Part shown: in pieces, positions 1-10,022 of the stretch | How the letters are laid out: each line of letters begins with the position of its first letter | Numbering within the stretch: position 1 is the stretch's first letter | Source of the DNA: an uncultured Cytophagales bacterium | Lineage (GTDB): Bacteria; Bacteroidota; Bacteroidia; Cytophagales; Cyclobacteriaceae | Direction: 5' to 3' | DNA: 64,000 nt | Assembly: GCA_963711495.1 (NCBI GenBank) | Contig: CAVQEK010000007.1 | Coordinates: forward strand, 94,970-158,969 | Program-made: the position numbers and the translations under genes | The notes under the pieces: model-generated | Told to the model about the DNA's origin: nothing | What the model saw: only the letters and a program-made list of their open reading frames with translations | Database searches by the model: none

Positions 1-73
1 ACCAGGGACGTCTAGTCATAAAATTTAGTGATTCAAAAATTTGATATCAGAATACAATCGATCGCGATCGTAA

Positions 74-859
74 CTAAGCAATAATCACCTGCACGCCACT
101 TTTTTCCAAGCGGTTCTTATCTTCCTCCTTAATCCCCGAATCCGACACTACCACATTAACATCTGATATTGGACCAATAAAAGCAAAACGCCTCCTTTCA
201 AACTTCCTTGAATCGGCAACGACGATCACTTTCCTGGCGATCTTGATCATTATCTGATTTAGATGGGCTTCCTCAGAATTTGGCGTTGACAAGCCATGCG
301 TGGTATCGAAACCGTCCGCACCCAAAAACAGTTTGTCACAATAAAATTTTTCAAAGCTTTCATCTGCAAGAACACCGACTAGTGATAACGATTTTTTTCG
401 CAGTGAACCTCCGGGCATAAAAATGTTGAACCCTTCATATTCAGCAAGTATACTTGCTATGTTAAGGGCGTTTGTAATGATGGTAAGATTTTGAAACTGG
501 TCGAGATTTTTGGCTACTTCTGTGGTGGTTGTGCCGGAATCCAATACAATAGTGTCACCTTCATTGATGAGTTTAACTGCTGCTTTTGCAATGGCTTGTT
601 TTTCCTTCAAAAACTCTTTTTCCTTTTCAGAGAATGAAGGATCGATCCCCATACGGTAAAATTTTATTTTTAATGCACCGCCCCGAGCACGGATCAACAT
701 ATTTTGCTTTTCGAGATGGGTCAAATCGTTTCGGATTGTAACCTCGCTGATCTTGAACTTTTTACTTAACTCACTAACAGATACTTGTCCATTTAATTCA
801 AGCTCTTCCAGTATCTTAGCTCTTCTGGAAACTGTAGATTTACTAAATGATCGGTCCAT
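74..859 (-). CDS. DeoR/GlpR-family transcriptional regulator
   Basis: 261-aa ORF. The N-terminus RRAKILEELELNGQVSVSELSKKFKISEVTIRNDLTHLE is a typical DeoR winged HTH. The C-terminal part (IVLDSGTTT..., LFLGADG, VIVVADSRKF) fits the DeoR-C sugar-phosphate sensor domain. Confidence 0.85.
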   Translation of the reverse strand: MDRSFSKSTVSRRAKILEELELNGQVSVSELSKKFKISEVTIRNDLTHLEKQNMLIRARGGALKIKFYRMGIDPSFSEKEKEFLKEKQAIAKAAVKLINEGDTIVLDSGTTTTEVAKNLDQFQNLTIITNALNIASILAEYEGFNIFMPGGSLRKKSLSLVGVLADESFEKFYCDKLFLGADGFDTTHGLSTPNSEEAHLNQIMIKIARKVIVVADSRKFERRRFAFIGPISDVNVVVSDSGIKEEDKNRLEKSGVQVIIA

Positions 860-1179
860 TTGCTTTCTTTAATTTTAGGTGACTACTGTATTTCGACTGA
901 TCTGATAACACTCATAGGTAACAAGACAACTCGAAATGATTAATATCAGACGTATTCGAAACGAACAAATAAAAAATGCTTTTCAAGCATTACTGAAAAC
1001 AAAAATTCTTTCAAATCCTTACACATACAATCAAATGAAAGGTATTTTTGCCTAAAACTAAGAAAAATCAATATATTTTGGTTACAATCATTAACTATTT
1101 TTTTTAAATTTCAATTTAATCAAAAGACAAGGTCAATTTATTCATGTATCCATGGATTCTCCGTTAACTGGAGGAATAT

Positions 1180-2299
1180 TTCTGTGAAAACCGCACTGTG
1201 TCCGTCAATTTAAAAAATGCGAGAAACATCCCCATTCCAGAACTAATCCTCTCAAATAATGCTCAATATGCTCTTGTGAGATTCTGTGACAATGCGATCA
1301 CAACTTTATAAGGTCATAAACAAATAAACTTTTAGCAAACTAGATCCTCATCATTACCCACTCAATTTTTTTAATCCTATAATTAACATTTGATCGTAGG
1401 ATATCACAAATCAAAAAATCAAAAGTAGATAAGGTATTGGATGCGTTTTGATCTGGCGATTACCTAATTTCAGGATATTCAATTCCACATATCATCAAAC
1501 CCGTCTTCCATTTTGCCCATACCTTCATATCTAATTGTAACATCAGTGTACAAAAACCGGTCAAAGTGAGCACCTCAGACAGAAGTAAAGTGACCACTGC
1601 TGCCAATTTTGACTGACCACCCTTTACCTTAACAGATTTTTGTATTTGTGTAAGTATATGAAATACAATAAATTCTATTACCTCCTTTCAAAGAATATAT
1701 TATTAATTAAAAGTTACTCAGAAGATTTGGTTAAAGGTTGATGACTGCATTGAAGTGAGTGAAATTGATTGCCAAAGTCCTCTATGAAAAAATAGCCGGA
1801 GAATGATTATCGTCAGATAACTGGTCAAAAATCAACCAAATGCTGCAGGGAAACCGCTAAAGCTCTTTGCCGATGAAAAAATTTATAATCAGTAACGCTA
1901 TACCGACTGTATCACCAACGTTTCACTGCCAACTGCCGAGATCTGGAGGTTATATCACCGAAGAGCAGATTCTGAAAACAGGAGTAAAGAATAAAAATAT
2001 AACGTTGGATTTCATAACTTCAATTTAAAGCAGTTTTTCGGCACAGAGGCCGCATGAATTTTTACAATGTTGACTCACATATTATGGCTACATTTAGAAT
2101 GATTATCCTCAAATGTAAAAATCAACATACACTGTCAACTTTGAGATTTAAGATTCTTGCCATTGGAGCATATTTCCAGATAGTAAAAGAAGAATATGTT
2201 CTCAATCTAGCTTTAAACAAACAAAAAAAATATTGGTTTGAAGGCCTTTGGAATCAATCAAACCAAATCAATTTACCTTTTTGCTTCTCTAATGCTTAA
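1180..2299 (+). pseudogene. Decayed IS4/IS1380-type DDE transposase gene (relic, no intact ORF)
   Basis: Translating 1795-2299 across frames gives RRMIIVR*LVKNQPNAAGKPLKLFADEKIYNQ*RYTDCITNVSLPTAEIWRLYHRRADSENRSKE*KYNVGFHNFNLKQFFGTEAA*, then after a frame change the 81-aa ORF 2054-2299 (KILAIGAYFQIVKEEYVLNLALNKQKKYWFEGLW). A Y-x2-R-x3-E-x6-K motif sits at 1953-1997. In-frame stops lie at 1893, 1992 and 2055. The stretch upstream of about 1790 has only weak N-terminal-like similarity, so the left boundary is uncertain. Confidence 0.5.
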
Positions 2300-2359
2300 T
2301 TTTGTTTATATCAATGAGCCTGAAATAACATGAAAGATCCAACATCTGCCGTACTCATT

Positions 2360-3361
2360 TCACTGGCCGGCATAAATAATCGAAATGATCCCTGTAATAA
2401 AAAGGATAAACATGATTGCCAGTTGGACACCGGTTCCTTTGGGTGCGTTCTTAAATTCTTTCCAAATAAATACACCCCACAGGGCTGCGACCAATGTAGC
2501 CCCTTGACCAAGTCCGTAAGATATGGCTGCACCGGCTTTCCCGGCAGCAATAAGGTTCAGTGAATTACCAATACCCCAAATAATCCCACCAAATATTCCG
2601 ACAAGGTGAGTCGAAAAACTTCCTGTGAAATATGCCTTATAACTTGTAGGCTCTCCGCTAATGGGCTTTTTCAATAAAATGGTATTGAAAATAAAATTGC
2701 TGAGAAAAATACCCACGGAAAAAATAACCACTGCTGAATATGGTGTCATCATACCTTCACCCGGATTTTTGAAATTATCGAGATCCATCGAGGCGGCAAT
2801 AAAACGATAAAAGAATGACATCAGCACACCGGCAATAATAGAAACGACAAGCCCTTTTGTTGACAGTTTTTGACTTTCGGAAGATGCTTTTTTATACGCT
2901 AAAGCATTGATGATGATGGCAACAGTGATGAGCCCTACACCTAAAAAGAGCAGTATTGGATCTCCCTTTTGAGATCCTAAATAATTTATGACAACGCCTA
3001 AAACCAACGCGATTCCTATCCCTACCGGAAAGGCCACCGACATCCCTGCAATGGCAATGGCTGTGGACAACAATATGTTGGCTGCATTAAAAATAACCCC
3101 TCCCAGAAAAGCGCTTACCAGATTTTTGGTGTCTGCCTGCATCAGATCCTGGACAAATCCCCGTCCATTCTCTCCAATACTTCCCAATGTAAAAGCAAAG
3201 ACCAGTGACAAAATCAGGATTCCAGAAACATAGTCCCAATAAAAAAGTTCGTATCGCCAGGTCTTTCCAGCCAACTTTTGAGTGTTGGCCCAGGAACCCC
3301 AGCAGAGCATAGTGATCAGACAAAAAATCACCGCCAATGGATAATCGTTTACAATAAACAT
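2360..3361 (-). CDS. GRP/DMT-superfamily sugar permease (about 10 TM), candidate ribose/pentose uptake protein
   Basis: 333-aa ORF, hydrophobic throughout, with two five-helix halves. It has an N-terminal CWGSWANTQK motif like GRP-family (GlcU/RbsU-type) FWGS. It lies directly downstream of the ARH-family gene and ribokinase. Confidence 0.6.
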   Translation of the reverse strand: MFIVNDYPLAVIFCLITMLCWGSWANTQKLAGKTWRYELFYWDYVSGILILSLVFAFTLGSIGENGRGFVQDLMQADTKNLVSAFLGGVIFNAANILLSTAIAIAGMSVAFPVGIGIALVLGVVINYLGSQKGDPILLFLGVGLITVAIIINALAYKKASSESQKLSTKGLVVSIIAGVLMSFFYRFIAASMDLDNFKNPGEGMMTPYSAVVIFSVGIFLSNFIFNTILLKKPISGEPTSYKAYFTGSFSTHLVGIFGGIIWGIGNSLNLIAAGKAGAAISYGLGQGATLVAALWGVFIWKEFKNAPKGTGVQLAIMFILFITGIISIIYAGQ

Positions 3362-3549
3362 GATGGTCTGTTTTAGTAGTTAATCATTTAATATCAATTT
3401 TTTATTTCTATCAGTTTAAAAAACAGGTTTATATGAATTCAAGGGGAAGCGTATCGGTGGCGTGTTAATCAAAACTCGCAACGGGCAATTATTAATCCAC
3501 ACAATACCATATGAAATCAAAGAACCATAGCACCTATCCATTGTCTTTT

Positions 3550-5127
3550 TCACAATCCAACATCATAAGGTTCATCTCCATAAATGATGGCATAATTAAT
3601 ATCTATTTTCGCATAATCTACCGGATTGAGGATCTTTATCACCACTTTATGTTTTCCCTTGGGTAGTTGATATCTCCAGAAAGGGGTAAACCGGCGTTTA
3701 TTGACTTCGGTGGGTAGTTTGGCAGTTTCCATCAGTTTACCATCAATATACATTTCTGTGTTAAAGACATGATTCATTTTGCCATAGTCTCTGCCATCTG
3801 GTTGTGCGACCATGGCGAATCCAATACCATCGAACTCAAAAGAGATCTCATTAGGCAACATCCTAGGAAATACTTTGCCGATAGGATAGTGGCCTTTAAA
3901 GGAAATTTCCAGCGGAACCGTTTTTGGCTTTTGCAGCGGAATGCTGACCTCATTGTCACCAATCTTTCCGCCATTTCTTTTAATCATTTCTTCGGCAAAC
4001 TTGTAAGACATATCGTAGGCATCATTCAGAGATATATCCGTCCCCATAAACGGAAGATCTTCCACCTTGTCCAATCCCTGTGTCCAAAATTCAGGAATGT
4101 TCTTATATCCCTTTATGGCAGCCAGAATTCCGCCCGCTGTTCCCGGATTGCAATCGGCATCGTCGCCACAGCGTACCGCTATTTGGTAAGTTCTGGTAAA
4201 ATCACCATTTCCGTAAAGCAATCCCATCAGCACCCAGGCTGCATTGATCTTGGCGTCAATGTTAAAAGGACGAAAAATCCCCCAAGGGGACCCGGTGTCC
4301 ACACCCCATTTTCGGAAAGTTTTAAACCATGTGGATTTCCAATCGACTGGATCCTCCTCATGCCATTTAATGACATCACTAATACATTGAGCAAATTTAC
4401 TTTCAGGGGGGATTACCGTAAGTGCCTCTTTGGCGATGCGTTCAATGTCGTCAGGATTATCGGATATTAGAGCCAAAGAATAAAGACTGGCCACATAAAC
4501 GCCACCATACCATCCATCTCCATAATTCATAATGTGGCCAACCTTATCGCATATTCCAACTGCGGAGTTTGTCAAACCCGGACACATCAGGCCTGCAAAG
4601 TCCGACTCAATCTGAAAATCGATATCATCGGCACAGGGGTTATTCAGCCAATATCCGGACTGTGGTGCCTTCAAACCATTCTGAATATTATAACGGGCCG
4701 TTTGATTGGCGAACCAGAGCTTATAGTCTGCATTGGCAAATGATTCCGCAAACGATTGAGCAGGAGCATCGATTCCTTTGTCCCGGATAACTTTCATAAA
4801 AGAGAGGTCCATGTAAACATCATCATAGGTACCAGGCCTGTCCCTGTATTCGACATACATGGAAGAATCGGTCCAAGAAATGGGCTGGTTATCCCGAACC
4901 AAGGTCGAATTATAGTTGAACTCAATAGGTGCCCCGAAAGTAACACCTACGGTCTGGGCCACCCATGCCCCTTTAATTTTATCTTTCAACGTTTCTTTGG
5001 ACATGATGATCATATCGCCTTTTTTTTCGATGCCCTTCATTTGGGAAAATGCATTTCCCCAAACCCCCAGACAAACCATTATTAAAATTGTCCTCATCAT
5101 GGTTTTCATGATTTTAGTTGTAAACAA
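3550..5127 (-). CDS. Secreted ADP-ribosylglycohydrolase (ARH)-family protein with a C-terminal beta-rich extension
   Basis: 525-aa ORF with a signal peptide (MKTMMRTILIMVCLGVWGNAFSQ). ARH-family signatures are visible: KIKGAWVAQTVGVTFGAPIEF, GTYDDVYMD and RCGDDADCNPGTAGGILAAIKGY. The last 120 aa or so (ISFKGHYPIGK...VVIKILNP) lie outside the ARH core. Confidence 0.75.
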   Translation of the reverse strand: MFTTKIMKTMMRTILIMVCLGVWGNAFSQMKGIEKKGDMIIMSKETLKDKIKGAWVAQTVGVTFGAPIEFNYNSTLVRDNQPISWTDSSMYVEYRDRPGTYDDVYMDLSFMKVIRDKGIDAPAQSFAESFANADYKLWFANQTARYNIQNGLKAPQSGYWLNNPCADDIDFQIESDFAGLMCPGLTNSAVGICDKVGHIMNYGDGWYGGVYVASLYSLALISDNPDDIERIAKEALTVIPPESKFAQCISDVIKWHEEDPVDWKSTWFKTFRKWGVDTGSPWGIFRPFNIDAKINAAWVLMGLLYGNGDFTRTYQIAVRCGDDADCNPGTAGGILAAIKGYKNIPEFWTQGLDKVEDLPFMGTDISLNDAYDMSYKFAEEMIKRNGGKIGDNEVSIPLQKPKTVPLEISFKGHYPIGKVFPRMLPNEISFEFDGIGFAMVAQPDGRDYGKMNHVFNTEMYIDGKLMETAKLPTEVNKRRFTPFWRYQLPKGKHKVVIKILNPVDYAKIDINYAIIYGDEPYDVGL

Positions 5128-5185
5128 AACATGTTAACTTTTACGACATTCCGGTGCGTAAGAAAATTTATTAGCGCGTGCTGAC

Positions 5186-6121
5186 TTATCCCTTTTCCTG
5201 GGTTACAAGATTCTTCTTTAAAAATTCGGCCACTTCCATTTCGGTCGGGATGGATGATTGTGCGCCCATACGCGTTACACAGATGGCCGCCGCGGCAGTG
5301 GCAAACTTAAGCGCCTCGTCCCAATCACGGTTTTTGCTCAATGCTGCCGCTAATGCCCCGCAAAATGTATCGCCGGCCCCCGTACTATCCAAAGTTTCCA
5401 CATTGAACGCAGGAACAGACTGAAATACATCACTTTTCTTAAGCAAACATCCTTGTTTACCCAATGTTAAAATCACCTTGCTAACGCCCATTGCAAGCAG
5501 TGTATCAATAATTCCCTCCATACCGACTTTTTCCACCTTTTGACCGGATACTGCTTCAGCCTCGATCTCATTGACAACTAGAATATCAATCTTATTTATT
5601 ATATCCGCATCCAACTGGCGGGCTGGAGCAACATTAAGCATTACACTTTTGCCATTTTTGTGGGCAAGATCGCATGCAGCCTTTATGGTTTCATACGGAA
5701 TCTCCATTTGCAACATTACCATGTCTGCCCTTCTCACATCCTCTTCCAGTTTATGAAGGTAGGCTGGGGTGAGCATATTGTTGGCCCCTGGTGTGATCAC
5801 AATGCAGTTTTCCCCGTTTTTATCGACCCAGATCATAGCAGTGCCTGACGGAACATCATCAACGATCAGCGAAGAGGAAACATCCAGTCCTTCTTTCTTA
5901 TAATATCTCAGGGTGTTCTGTCCATTGGCATCTTTGCCCAAGCAAGTAATAAATTTAACATCTCCACCTAATCGATGGGCTGCAATAGCTTGATTGGCGC
6001 CCTTACCGCCCATTGCCTGAAAAAAAGATAAGCCCTCTATCGTTTCTCCGGCTTTTGGGAAATAATTGATCTTGGCAATTAGATCCGTATTCGAACTTCC
6101 TATTACTAGTATTTTACTCAT
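5186..6121 (-). CDS. rbsK: Ribokinase (PfkB family)
   Basis: 311-aa ORF. It begins ILVIGSSNTDLIAKINYFPKAGETI and carries GGKGANQA, VVNEIEAE and the anion-hole/ATP motif GAGDTFCGALAAAL, which is the ribokinase pattern. Confidence 0.85.
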   Translation of the reverse strand: MSKILVIGSSNTDLIAKINYFPKAGETIEGLSFFQAMGGKGANQAIAAHRLGGDVKFITCLGKDANGQNTLRYYKKEGLDVSSSLIVDDVPSGTAMIWVDKNGENCIVITPGANNMLTPAYLHKLEEDVRRADMVMLQMEIPYETIKAACDLAHKNGKSVMLNVAPARQLDADIINKIDILVVNEIEAEAVSGQKVEKVGMEGIIDTLLAMGVSKVILTLGKQGCLLKKSDVFQSVPAFNVETLDSTGAGDTFCGALAAALSKNRDWDEALKFATAAAAICVTRMGAQSSIPTEMEVAEFLKKNLVTQEKG

Positions 6122-6200
6122 GGCTTAACAATTTCATCGTCATACAATCTTTTAAAACCTATATCGTCCCATCCACAATAACATCATGATCGCTCAATTT

Positions 6201-6383
6201 TTACTTCCCCGGCACATAATCCGGATATGAAGCCATCATTTTGGCATGCACATCCTTTCTCCACTGATGCAACATGGCCCTCAATTTCTCAACCATCTCC
6301 AACTGAGATTCGGAAAGATCAGTTTGATCTCCAGGATCTGTCTTTAAGTTAAAAAGCTGAACCGTATTATTTTTATAATTCAT
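6201..6383 (-). pseudogene. Orphan C-terminal fragment of a sulfatase gene
   Basis: The 60-aa ORF NNTVQLFNLKTDPGDQTDLSESQLEMVEKLRAMLHQWRKDVHAKM aligns with the C-terminus of the 568-aa sulfatase at 14145-15851 (NNKVQLFNLKEDPGEQQDLASSNPDKVNELRTMLHEWRKKVNAEM). No catalytic domain lies upstream; the complete sulfatase 6405-8042 ends 22 nt away. Confidence 0.6.
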
Positions 6384-6404
6384 TTAGCGTATTAATATAT
6401 GTGG

Positions 6405-8042
6405 TTAGTTTCCTTCTTTTATTGCCTTATGCTGCACCTGTTCAATGACATCTTCTAATTCCTTCACTTTATCCGGCATTTCGCCAAATAAATTATTTTG
6501 TTCTGATTCATCCTCTTTGAGATTGTACAGCTGAGGATCCAGCTTGCTCGGGCCATTGGGATAGTAGGTTTCGGGCCATCTTCCAGGAACCGCTGCTTCA
6601 ATAAACTTCCAGTGATCTTTGATCTCCACAAAAGCGCCGCTGGCTCCGGCAGTAAGCGTCAAGCTTTTCCTGACCTGAGGGGCATTTTTATCATAAAGAC
6701 TGGCAAGAAAACTATAACTATCTTCTCCCTGACCATTTTTCAGCGAATCCCCGACCAATTCAGCAAATGTCGCCAACATATCACTGGCACATATTACTGA
6801 TCCATTTACTGTCCCCGGTTGTACTTTGTCCGGCCAGCGGACAATAAATGGTACGCGAAGACCACCATCCCATGCATCTGATTTAAATCCCAACAGATCT
6901 CCGGCAGCCCTGTGGCCATAGGTGAACCAGCCATTTTTCCAAATCTCATTGCCGTGCTCATTGATGTACTCCGCAGAATAATTGTCAAAATAATCCTGAT
7001 GGTAATTTTCATAATCACCATTTTCATACCGCTCCATCCAAATTGCCGGATCTCCGGGTCTTGGACCATTATCCGATGTGAAAATCAATAAAGTATTGTC
7101 ATAAGCACCATTTTCTTTCAGCGCCTTTACAATTTCATTGACGGTCCAGTCCAGTTCAATCACAATATCACCACGCAAACCCGCCTCACTTTTCCCCTTG
7201 GTAAAGCTCGGCAAACAAGGCCTGTGGATGGCACTGGTGGGAAAATATAAAAACAGTGGCTGGTCCTGATGATTTTTAAAATGATTATTGATAACGTCAA
7301 CGGCTTTGTGGGTTAAAACCTGATTGACCTTTTTGATATCCCAGTTTGGCGCTTTGGCGACATTGATGTAATGATCGTAAGGTTTTTGCGATTCGGAAGG
7401 TGCCTCGGTTACCATGTCGTTTTCAATAAAGACATATGGCTCCATGTTATTCGAACCGGCCATTCCATAAAAATAATCAAACCCCCTTTCGATTGGGCCA
7501 TTCCCGACTGGTTTTAAAAAATCAATATAATCCTGCACATGTTCATCCCAGGAATTAAACACGGATGAATCCGGATTGGCCGGGGCTTTCTGGTTCACTT
7601 CCCAATCAAGCCCCAGATGCCATTTTCCTATGCAAACTGTGTGGTATCCATTTCTTTTTAGCAGTGAGGCTATTGTAGTCTGATCTTTTTGAATAAGTGG
7701 TTTATCAAAATATTTCAGTACGCCAAATTTTAACCGTGTTCTCCAGGAATATTGGCCGGTGAGTATGCTGTATCTCGAAGGAGAACAAAGAGAAGACGCA
7801 ACATATGCATTGGTAAATTTCATACCATCAGCGGCCAGTTTGTCTATATTGGGCGTCGAAATTTTGGTGGCACCATAACAACTCAAATCACCATATCCCA
7901 GATCGTCTGCAAGGATCAAAACTATATTGGGGGTATCCTTCTTTTGCTCTTTTTCACCGCATCCTGAAACCAGCACAACAACATAAATGATTGTCCACAG
8001 ATAAAAACGACATAAAAATATTGGTCTGTTCATTGTTTTCAC
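6405..8042 (-). CDS. Family S1 sulfatase (Cys-type formylglycine site)
   Basis: 545-aa ORF. It has PNIVLILADDLGYGDLSCYG, the FGly motif SSLCSPSRYSILTGQY and GKWHLG, plus a C-terminal LYNLKEDESEQNNL box and a signal/lipoprotein N-terminus. Confidence 0.9.
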   Translation of the reverse strand: MKTMNRPIFLCRFYLWTIIYVVVLVSGCGEKEQKKDTPNIVLILADDLGYGDLSCYGATKISTPNIDKLAADGMKFTNAYVASSLCSPSRYSILTGQYSWRTRLKFGVLKYFDKPLIQKDQTTIASLLKRNGYHTVCIGKWHLGLDWEVNQKAPANPDSSVFNSWDEHVQDYIDFLKPVGNGPIERGFDYFYGMAGSNNMEPYVFIENDMVTEAPSESQKPYDHYINVAKAPNWDIKKVNQVLTHKAVDVINNHFKNHQDQPLFLYFPTSAIHRPCLPSFTKGKSEAGLRGDIVIELDWTVNEIVKALKENGAYDNTLLIFTSDNGPRPGDPAIWMERYENGDYENYHQDYFDNYSAEYINEHGNEIWKNGWFTYGHRAAGDLLGFKSDAWDGGLRVPFIVRWPDKVQPGTVNGSVICASDMLATFAELVGDSLKNGQGEDSYSFLASLYDKNAPQVRKSLTLTAGASGAFVEIKDHWKFIEAAVPGRWPETYYPNGPSKLDPQLYNLKEDESEQNNLFGEMPDKVKELEDVIEQVQHKAIKEGN

Positions 8043-8063
8043 TTTTAGCGCATTTAATATTTT

Positions 8064-10016
8064 TTAGTGATCAATATTATACTGTACCCAAGTCAGTCGC
8101 CAGGTACCGGCACTTCTCCCTCCAGCTTCATAAAGTGGAACAAATAGCAATGGTTCCTTTCCAGGAATTTTCAACGCATAAGCCTGTCCCTTCATTCCCT
8201 GTAGTGAAGCGACTTGTTTGAACAAAGTCTCAGGGTTTTGAGGTGACAGTTGAAAAACTCTTTCACGATCTTCTCCATTAATTAATCCGTTTGTGGCATA
8301 AACCAAAGGGCCGCGGGTTAGCGCAAACCAATCGACTTTATAGATGTCCGAATTTCCCTGGGGAACTGTGGCCTGTTCGATTTTTTGGTGTATTTTCAGA
8401 TCAAATGGAAAATTTATTTCAATCGTATTTTCTTTCGCCCATTTTCGATCCAATCTGAAGTAAGTGCCACTTTGGATCTTACCCGCGTCTACCGGCTCTC
8501 CATTAACACTGATCGCTGTCCCATTGGCCCAATCCGGTATCCTGATGAAAATTGGGAATTCAGCTCTCTTCGAAGGACGAACCGTTAGTTGGATATTGCC
8601 GTCAAAAGGATAATCTGTTTTCTGATTGATCTGAACCGGGTTTGCATTTACCAATGTGATCGTTGCTTCATTTTCAGAAAACAGATTGCAGGCGATGCCG
8701 CCATCTTTGATTGTATAAATAAGCGGCGACAATTCCTCCAGGGCCAGCGCACCACTGGAGGGGCAACAATCATTGAAATGCGCTATATATCGGCGCCCAT
8801 TGGTAAATGAATGGTAGCACCAATTTTGACCATCCGGGTATTGAGCACCCAATAATGCATTATAAGCGGATCTTTCAATTTCCTGGGCATACTTTGCCTC
8901 ACCAGTTATGTACAGCATTTCTTTATTGAACTGGATCCAGGACATCGTACTACAGGTTTCGATAAAGCCATAAGGATCCCAGAATCCTTTGCGGTTGAAG
9001 CATTCATAATGCTTGCCAATGCCTCCCCACGGACCGCCACTGATCGTCAAATGAGAATCAACAATATTCTGCCATGCATTCTCGGTGGCCTTGAGATAAT
9101 CCGGATTACCAGTTACCTCATAAAGTTTTGCCACAGCAGTGAGATTCCAGATAATCTGATACGCCTTACCGTCGCCTACATTCTCCATATCTTGGTTGTG
9201 CAAGGCCACAGAAATAAGACGTACTCCCTCTTTTTCTTCCATTTCTTTAATGATCAACTGGGCAAAGTCGAGATACCTTTTGTCGCTGGTAATTTTGTAT
9301 AATTCCACCACCGGGTCCAGAATTATAGTTGCCGATATACCGTGTCTTGTCCCATAATCGGTAATATTCGCCGAGCCATCGCCGAAGGTTTTCAGAAATA
9401 ATTCTCCGATCTTTTTTGCTGCGTTCAAATATTTCTGGCCCGGGAAAAATCGATTAATCTGCAATAACCCGAGGGTCATGTAGCTGAGGGTCCACACGTC
9501 CCAGGAATGCCCGTGTGATTTTGAATTTTTATTGGTGATCCGCAAATCCGATGAGTACGATCCGAGATAACCGTCCTCCTCTTGTGTGCTGACCAGGTAA
9601 TCTGCTGTCTGCAGTAAAAGTGTCTTGAGATATTCATTTCCTGTCCGGTTTGCCGCAAGTGCTGTGGAATACATCCATTTCCCGGCATGCTCTCCGTACC
9701 AGTCAGTTCTATCATTGTTATTCCTGGATTCGCGGCTGAACATTTTTATCAATTCGCCATCATGCCAATGTGGGAGAGTAAGTAAGCGACCATTCCCGCT
9801 GGTAGAAATTGCATCTCCGAGGATCCCTTTCACTGACACCTCTGACGGATCAACAAATTTTTCCTGGGGCTGAATTTCCAAATCTGATAAATTCTGAGAA
9901 TAGGCATCGCCTCTAGGAAAGAGACACAGGAAACTTATACAAACAACATGTAGTCCACTTAGGCCTAAACCTGTAAGGCTGTCGATAAAATGATTTTTAA
10001 TGTTTAACAAAGTCAT
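8064..10016 (-). CDS. GH127-like glycoside hydrolase (DUF1680; beta-L-arabinofuranosidase / 3,6-anhydro-D-galactosidase family)
   Basis: 650-aa ORF. WYGEHAGKWMYSTALAA resembles the GH127 (alpha/alpha)6 core. The Zn/Cys catalytic signature is present as IETCSTMSW (E-x-C) and FNDCCPSSGA (C-C). Confidence 0.7.
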   Translation of the reverse strand: MTLLNIKNHFIDSLTGLGLSGLHVVCISFLCLFPRGDAYSQNLSDLEIQPQEKFVDPSEVSVKGILGDAISTSGNGRLLTLPHWHDGELIKMFSRESRNNNDRTDWYGEHAGKWMYSTALAANRTGNEYLKTLLLQTADYLVSTQEEDGYLGSYSSDLRITNKNSKSHGHSWDVWTLSYMTLGLLQINRFFPGQKYLNAAKKIGELFLKTFGDGSANITDYGTRHGISATIILDPVVELYKITSDKRYLDFAQLIIKEMEEKEGVRLISVALHNQDMENVGDGKAYQIIWNLTAVAKLYEVTGNPDYLKATENAWQNIVDSHLTISGGPWGGIGKHYECFNRKGFWDPYGFIETCSTMSWIQFNKEMLYITGEAKYAQEIERSAYNALLGAQYPDGQNWCYHSFTNGRRYIAHFNDCCPSSGALALEELSPLIYTIKDGGIACNLFSENEATITLVNANPVQINQKTDYPFDGNIQLTVRPSKRAEFPIFIRIPDWANGTAISVNGEPVDAGKIQSGTYFRLDRKWAKENTIEINFPFDLKIHQKIEQATVPQGNSDIYKVDWFALTRGPLVYATNGLINGEDRERVFQLSPQNPETLFKQVASLQGMKGQAYALKIPGKEPLLFVPLYEAGGRSAGTWRLTWVQYNIDH

Positions 10017-10022
10017 ATAATT

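Noticed and set aside
1564-1620. Three spaced copies of a (A/T)(A/G)AGTGA(G/C)CAC-like motif (aaagtgagcac, aaagtgaccac, tgactgaccac).
   Set aside because: They lie inside the decayed transposase relic and are short and imperfect. I could not link them to a known terminal or binding site, so they are probably residual coding sequence.
3769-4470. 233-aa plus-strand ORF.
   Set aside because: It lies entirely antisense to the ARH-family gene, which has clear family motifs. Its translation is low-complexity and Arg/Ile-rich with no motif, so it is a shadow ORF.
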